A DNA stretch of 29,045 bases, taken from the NCBI GenBank assembly GCA_026393735.1, contig JAPKZP010000326.1:1-29045 (forward strand), read 5' to 3'. Position 1 is the stretch's first letter. Each line of letters begins with the position of its first letter. Below, piece after piece: positions 26,355 through 29,045 of the stretch. The notes beneath the pieces are model-generated. The model did no database searches. It was not told the origin of the DNA and worked only from the letters and a program-made list of their open reading frames with translations. The position numbers and the translations under genes are program-made. The DNA is from Acidobacteriota bacterium. GTDB lineage: Bacteria > Acidobacteriota > Vicinamibacteria > Vicinamibacterales > JAKQTR01.

Positions 26355-28189
26355 CCGAAGTTGAACGTGAAGTTGGGCCTGATCTTCCAGTCATCCTGCA
26401 CGTAAGTGCCGAAGTAGTCGTTGTGGTCGAAGTCCCACACCGCGTTGCCCTGGACGAACGCGCCGCCCATGGCGCCCACCATCAGATCGGCGAGCCCGAG
26501 GCCCGTGACCGTTCCGTTGATCGAGAACCCGCCGTTGGTCGGCCGGTTGTTCACGGTCTCGATCGAGGTGTGAATCCAGTTCACGCCGGCGGAGAACTGA
26601 TGCTTGCCTTTGATAAGGTCGAAGTCGTCAGCGATCTGGAAGCCCTTCGAGTTGAAGAACCCGGGGTTGGTCCCGCCCGTGCCGATGGAGAACCCGCCCG
26701 TCACCGACAGGTTCGTGAACCCTGGCTGCGGGCTGAAGACGTTGCTGCCCAGTTCCTTCGGCGTGAAGTACGCCTCCATCGTCCGGTCGTTGATGGTCTT
26801 GTTGAACGTCACGTGGAGCGCGTTTACCGAGGTCGACGACAGGACCCAGTTGTGCCCCACCACGAAGGAGTGGACCGTGTTGGTCTGGCCCGTGCGGCTC
26901 ATGGTCAGGACGTTCTTCCCGTCGTACACGGACGGAAGGTCGTAGTGGGCGTACATGTACCGCGCCGTCAGGGTCTGGCTCTGGCTGATGTTGTAGTCAA
27001 CCTTCGACAGCATCTGATGCTCGGTGTTGTCGCCGGGAATGCCCATCACGATCTTGCCGCAGGGGTCGGTGGCCACCGGCACGTACTTCAACAGGGCAAG
27101 GGCCACCGGGTTGAACGTCTTGGGGTCGATCGTGTTGTTGACGTACGGCGCCTTGAGGGTCTTCGCTCCGGTCGAGTTGCAGGCCGCCGACGCGAAGGCC
27201 GTGAAATCGCCGTTCAGCATGGCCTGCGTCGGTGCGAACACGGTCGTCGTCGGCGGGGTGGTCTTTTCGATCTTCCCCTGATAGGCGCCAAAGAAGAAGA
27301 CCTTGTCCTTCTTGATGGGCGCGCCAATTGTGCCGCCGAACTGATTGCGCTTCAGGTTGTCGCGCGTCGTGGCGAAGGCGTTCCGGGCGTTGAAATGGTA
27401 GTCGCGCAGGAACTCGAACACGTTGCCTTTCACCGTGTTCGTTCCGGACTTCGTGACGATGTTCACGGCGGACGCCGCGTGGTGCCCGTAGCGCGCGGGA
27501 AGGGCGCTCGATTCGACCTTGAACTCCTGGAGCGCGTCCGGGAAGAGCGTCGGCAGGTTCAGGTTGTTGAAGGGGTCGTTGTGCGTCCCGCCGTCCATGA
27601 TGTAGGTCATGCCGTTCGCCTGGCCGCCGGCGACGGAAATGGTGACGGTGGGGTAGTTCTTGTTGGTGTTCAGGTCGCCGGCCGGCGCGGGCGTCGACAG
27701 CCCGGACAGGAAGATCAACTCCGTCGCCTGGCGGCCGTTCAGCGGCATCTCGACGACGGTCTGGTTGTTGATGACCGTGCCGACGCCGGTCGACTTCGTC
27801 TCCACCGTCATGGCGTCGGCGGTGACCGTGACCGTCTCATCCAGCGTCCCGACGCCCATCGTGACGTCGAGGGTCGGGTTCGTGTTCACCTGCAGGACGA
27901 TGCCCGTCTTGACGTAGGTGTTGAACCCCTGCAGCACTACCTTCAATTCGTAGGGACCGACGGGAAGGTTCGGAAGCGTGTAGCTGCCGTCCGATCCGGT
28001 GAAGACGGTCCGGATCATGCCCGTGTCCGTCTTCTTGACCGTGACCTCGGCGCCGGGCAGAACTCCCCCGCTCGAGTCCTTCACGACACCCGAGATCTGG
28101 GTTCCGCTGACCTGCTGCGCCCAGACGGGGCCGCACACCAGGAACGAGAGTAGGAACACCGCGAGGAAGATACGAAGCGGCCTCTTCAT
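26355..28189 (-). pseudogene. 5' part of Oar-like TonB-dependent transporter, frameshifted at about 26355
   Basis: GGAGG RBS and signal peptide; ISGVVKDSSGGVLPGA, LPVGPY, MPLNGR, DALQEFKV, A.YG, NIVTKSGTN, FEFLR...NARN, RNQFGGT.G.PI.K.K.FFF and YVQDDWKI..N.T.NFG, after which homology is lost. Confidence 0.88.
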
Positions 28190-28291
28190 CATCACCTCCG
28201 AAGAAACGAGCATGCAGGAATCCGCCTTCACAACCGGACGCGTCGGTTACGCCAGAAGGACCGTACTACCCCCGTAACTCGGCCACAACGA

Positions 28292-28315
28292 TGCAACGGT
28301 GCCACTACGGTAACA
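28292..28315. promoter_or_regulatory. Operator-like palindrome copy E
   Basis: TGCAACGGT-GCCACT-ACGGTAACA, about 103 bp upstream of the Oar-like transporter start. Confidence 0.75.
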
Positions 28316-28415
28316 GCCCCGCCCTCCCACCGGGCCGGTGTGGATAATCGGCACGCCACGGACGCCTGGCAACCTGCCCTCATGCGGTCGGGAACTACGG
28401 TTATTTGGATTCGCG

Positions 28416-28431
28416 GATACGATATCGTATC
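28416..28431. promoter_or_regulatory. Perfect 16-bp palindrome upstream of the HMG-CoA lyase gene, candidate repressor site
   Basis: GATACGATATCGTATC is self-complementary and sits in an AT-rich intergenic stretch 48 bp before the ATG. Confidence 0.6.
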
Positions 28432-28479
28432 GCTGAGCAGATCGGAAGCAGGATTGTCTTCATGAAAGGACTACTAAAG

Positions 28480-29045
28480 ATGAGCAGCACGATCCCGGCA
28501 TGGCCCGCCGCCGCTACGGTGTGTGAAGTCGGCTTGCGCGACGGCCTGCAGAACGAAAAGACCATCCCCAGTGTCGAGCAGAAGCTGCAGCTCCTGAATG
28601 CGGTTGTCGCCTCCGGCATACGTATCATCGAAGTTGGCGCCTTCGTGCATCCCAAGGCCGTGCCGCAGATGGCCGACACCGATGCCCTGTGCCGCGCCAT
28701 GCAGAAGGTCGACGGCGTCGAGTATCGCGCCCTGGTGCCGAACATCAAGGGCGTGCAGCGTGCGTTCGACGCGGGCCTGACGAAAGCCAAGCTGGCTGTC
28801 TCGGCCAGCGAGGCGCACTGCCTGGCCAACTTCAACAGCACCCCGGTCAAGATGGTCGACGGGTTTGCCGCCTGCGCGGAGTTTGCCGCGAAGAACAACA
28901 TGGTGCTGTCGGGGGCGATCTCGACCTCGTTCGGCTGCCCGTTCATCGGCAAGGTGCCGGTGGAGATGGTTGAGAACGTGGTTCGCAGCTTCGTGAAGCT
29001 GGGCATCACCGAGTTGTCGCTGTCCGACACGACCGGCATGGCCAA
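28480..29045 (+). CDS. Hydroxymethylglutaryl-CoA lyase family protein (DRE-TIM), 3'-partial
   Basis: AAAGGA RBS; EVGLRDGLQNE, IEVGAFVHPKAVPQMAD, ALVPN.KG..RA, SASEAH..AN, AISTSFGCP and SLSDTTGMAN. It is absent from the ORF track because it runs off the window. Confidence 0.92.
   Translation, partial: MSSTIPAWPAAATVCEVGLRDGLQNEKTIPSVEQKLQLLNAVVASGIRIIEVGAFVHPKAVPQMADTDALCRAMQKVDGVEYRALVPNIKGVQRAFDAGLTKAKLAVSASEAHCLANFNSTPVKMVDGFAACAEFAAKNNMVLSGAISTSFGCPFIGKVPVEMVENVVRSFVKLGITELSLSDTTGMA

Noticed and set aside
28230-28250. Additional operator copy ACAACCGG-N5-TCGGTTAC
   Set aside because: The spacer is 5 rather than 6 and there are several mismatches. ACCGTTAC at 10692-10699 is likewise only a half-site inside a CDS.
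1087-29045. Many long alternative-frame ORFs (e.g. 1087-3261+, 8861-10738+, 10650-12350+, 13562-15166+, 18935-20284-, 26162-28153+, 28401-29045-)
   Set aside because: They are shadows of real genes in GC-rich DNA, Arg/Pro/Gly-rich or antisense-like, with no family motifs.
28400-29045. HMG-CoA lyase segment as foreign DNA or a fifth junction
   Set aside because: Hand-counted GC of the CDS is about 64%, not clearly lower than the adjacent TonB gene by eye. Only the intergenic part is AT-rich, as promoters often are.
1-29045. Mobile elements, prophage, defence systems, rRNA/tRNA
   Set aside because: No transposase, integrase, phage, nuclease or RNA-gene signatures were recognised.

Overview
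GC-rich bacterial DNA, probably Acidobacteriota/Vicinamibacteria. That assignment is inferred from gene types (Oar-like TonB transporter, DUF5916, cytochrome c-HhH fusion), not from a marker gene. Left part (1-8.6 kb): a 5'-partial HYR/PxKF-like surface protein; a GNAT-fold YghO/bacterial ceramide synthase-like gene coupled to an Aur1/PAP2_3-like gene; a secreted MetX-fold hydrolase; a SAM methyltransferase; and an operon of small subunit, GMC oxidoreductase and ThDP enzyme. Right part (8.6-28.3 kb): a periplasm-oriented catabolic/uptake island with DUF5916, three esterases, a Tat-exported TIM-barrel isomerase, two TonB-dependent transporters, cytochrome c-HhH, MFS, iolB, a PQQ dehydrogenase and ThuA. 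A 3'-partial HMG-CoA lyase family gene missed by the ORF track ends the window. Main non-gene signals: (i) five intergenic copies of a 24-bp palindrome, TGYWACSGT-N6-ACSGTWACA, upstream of five transcription units, with no regulator gene in the window; (ii) a ~155-nt rod-like hairpin with G-U pairs after iolB; (iii) a tandem pair of 19-bp palindromes; (iv) four apparent deletion junctions (~8585, ~11190, ~13588, ~26355), which may be real decay or assembly artefacts. I recognised no rRNA, tRNA, CRISPR array, transposase or integrase. All product calls come from reading motifs by eye; no database searches were run.
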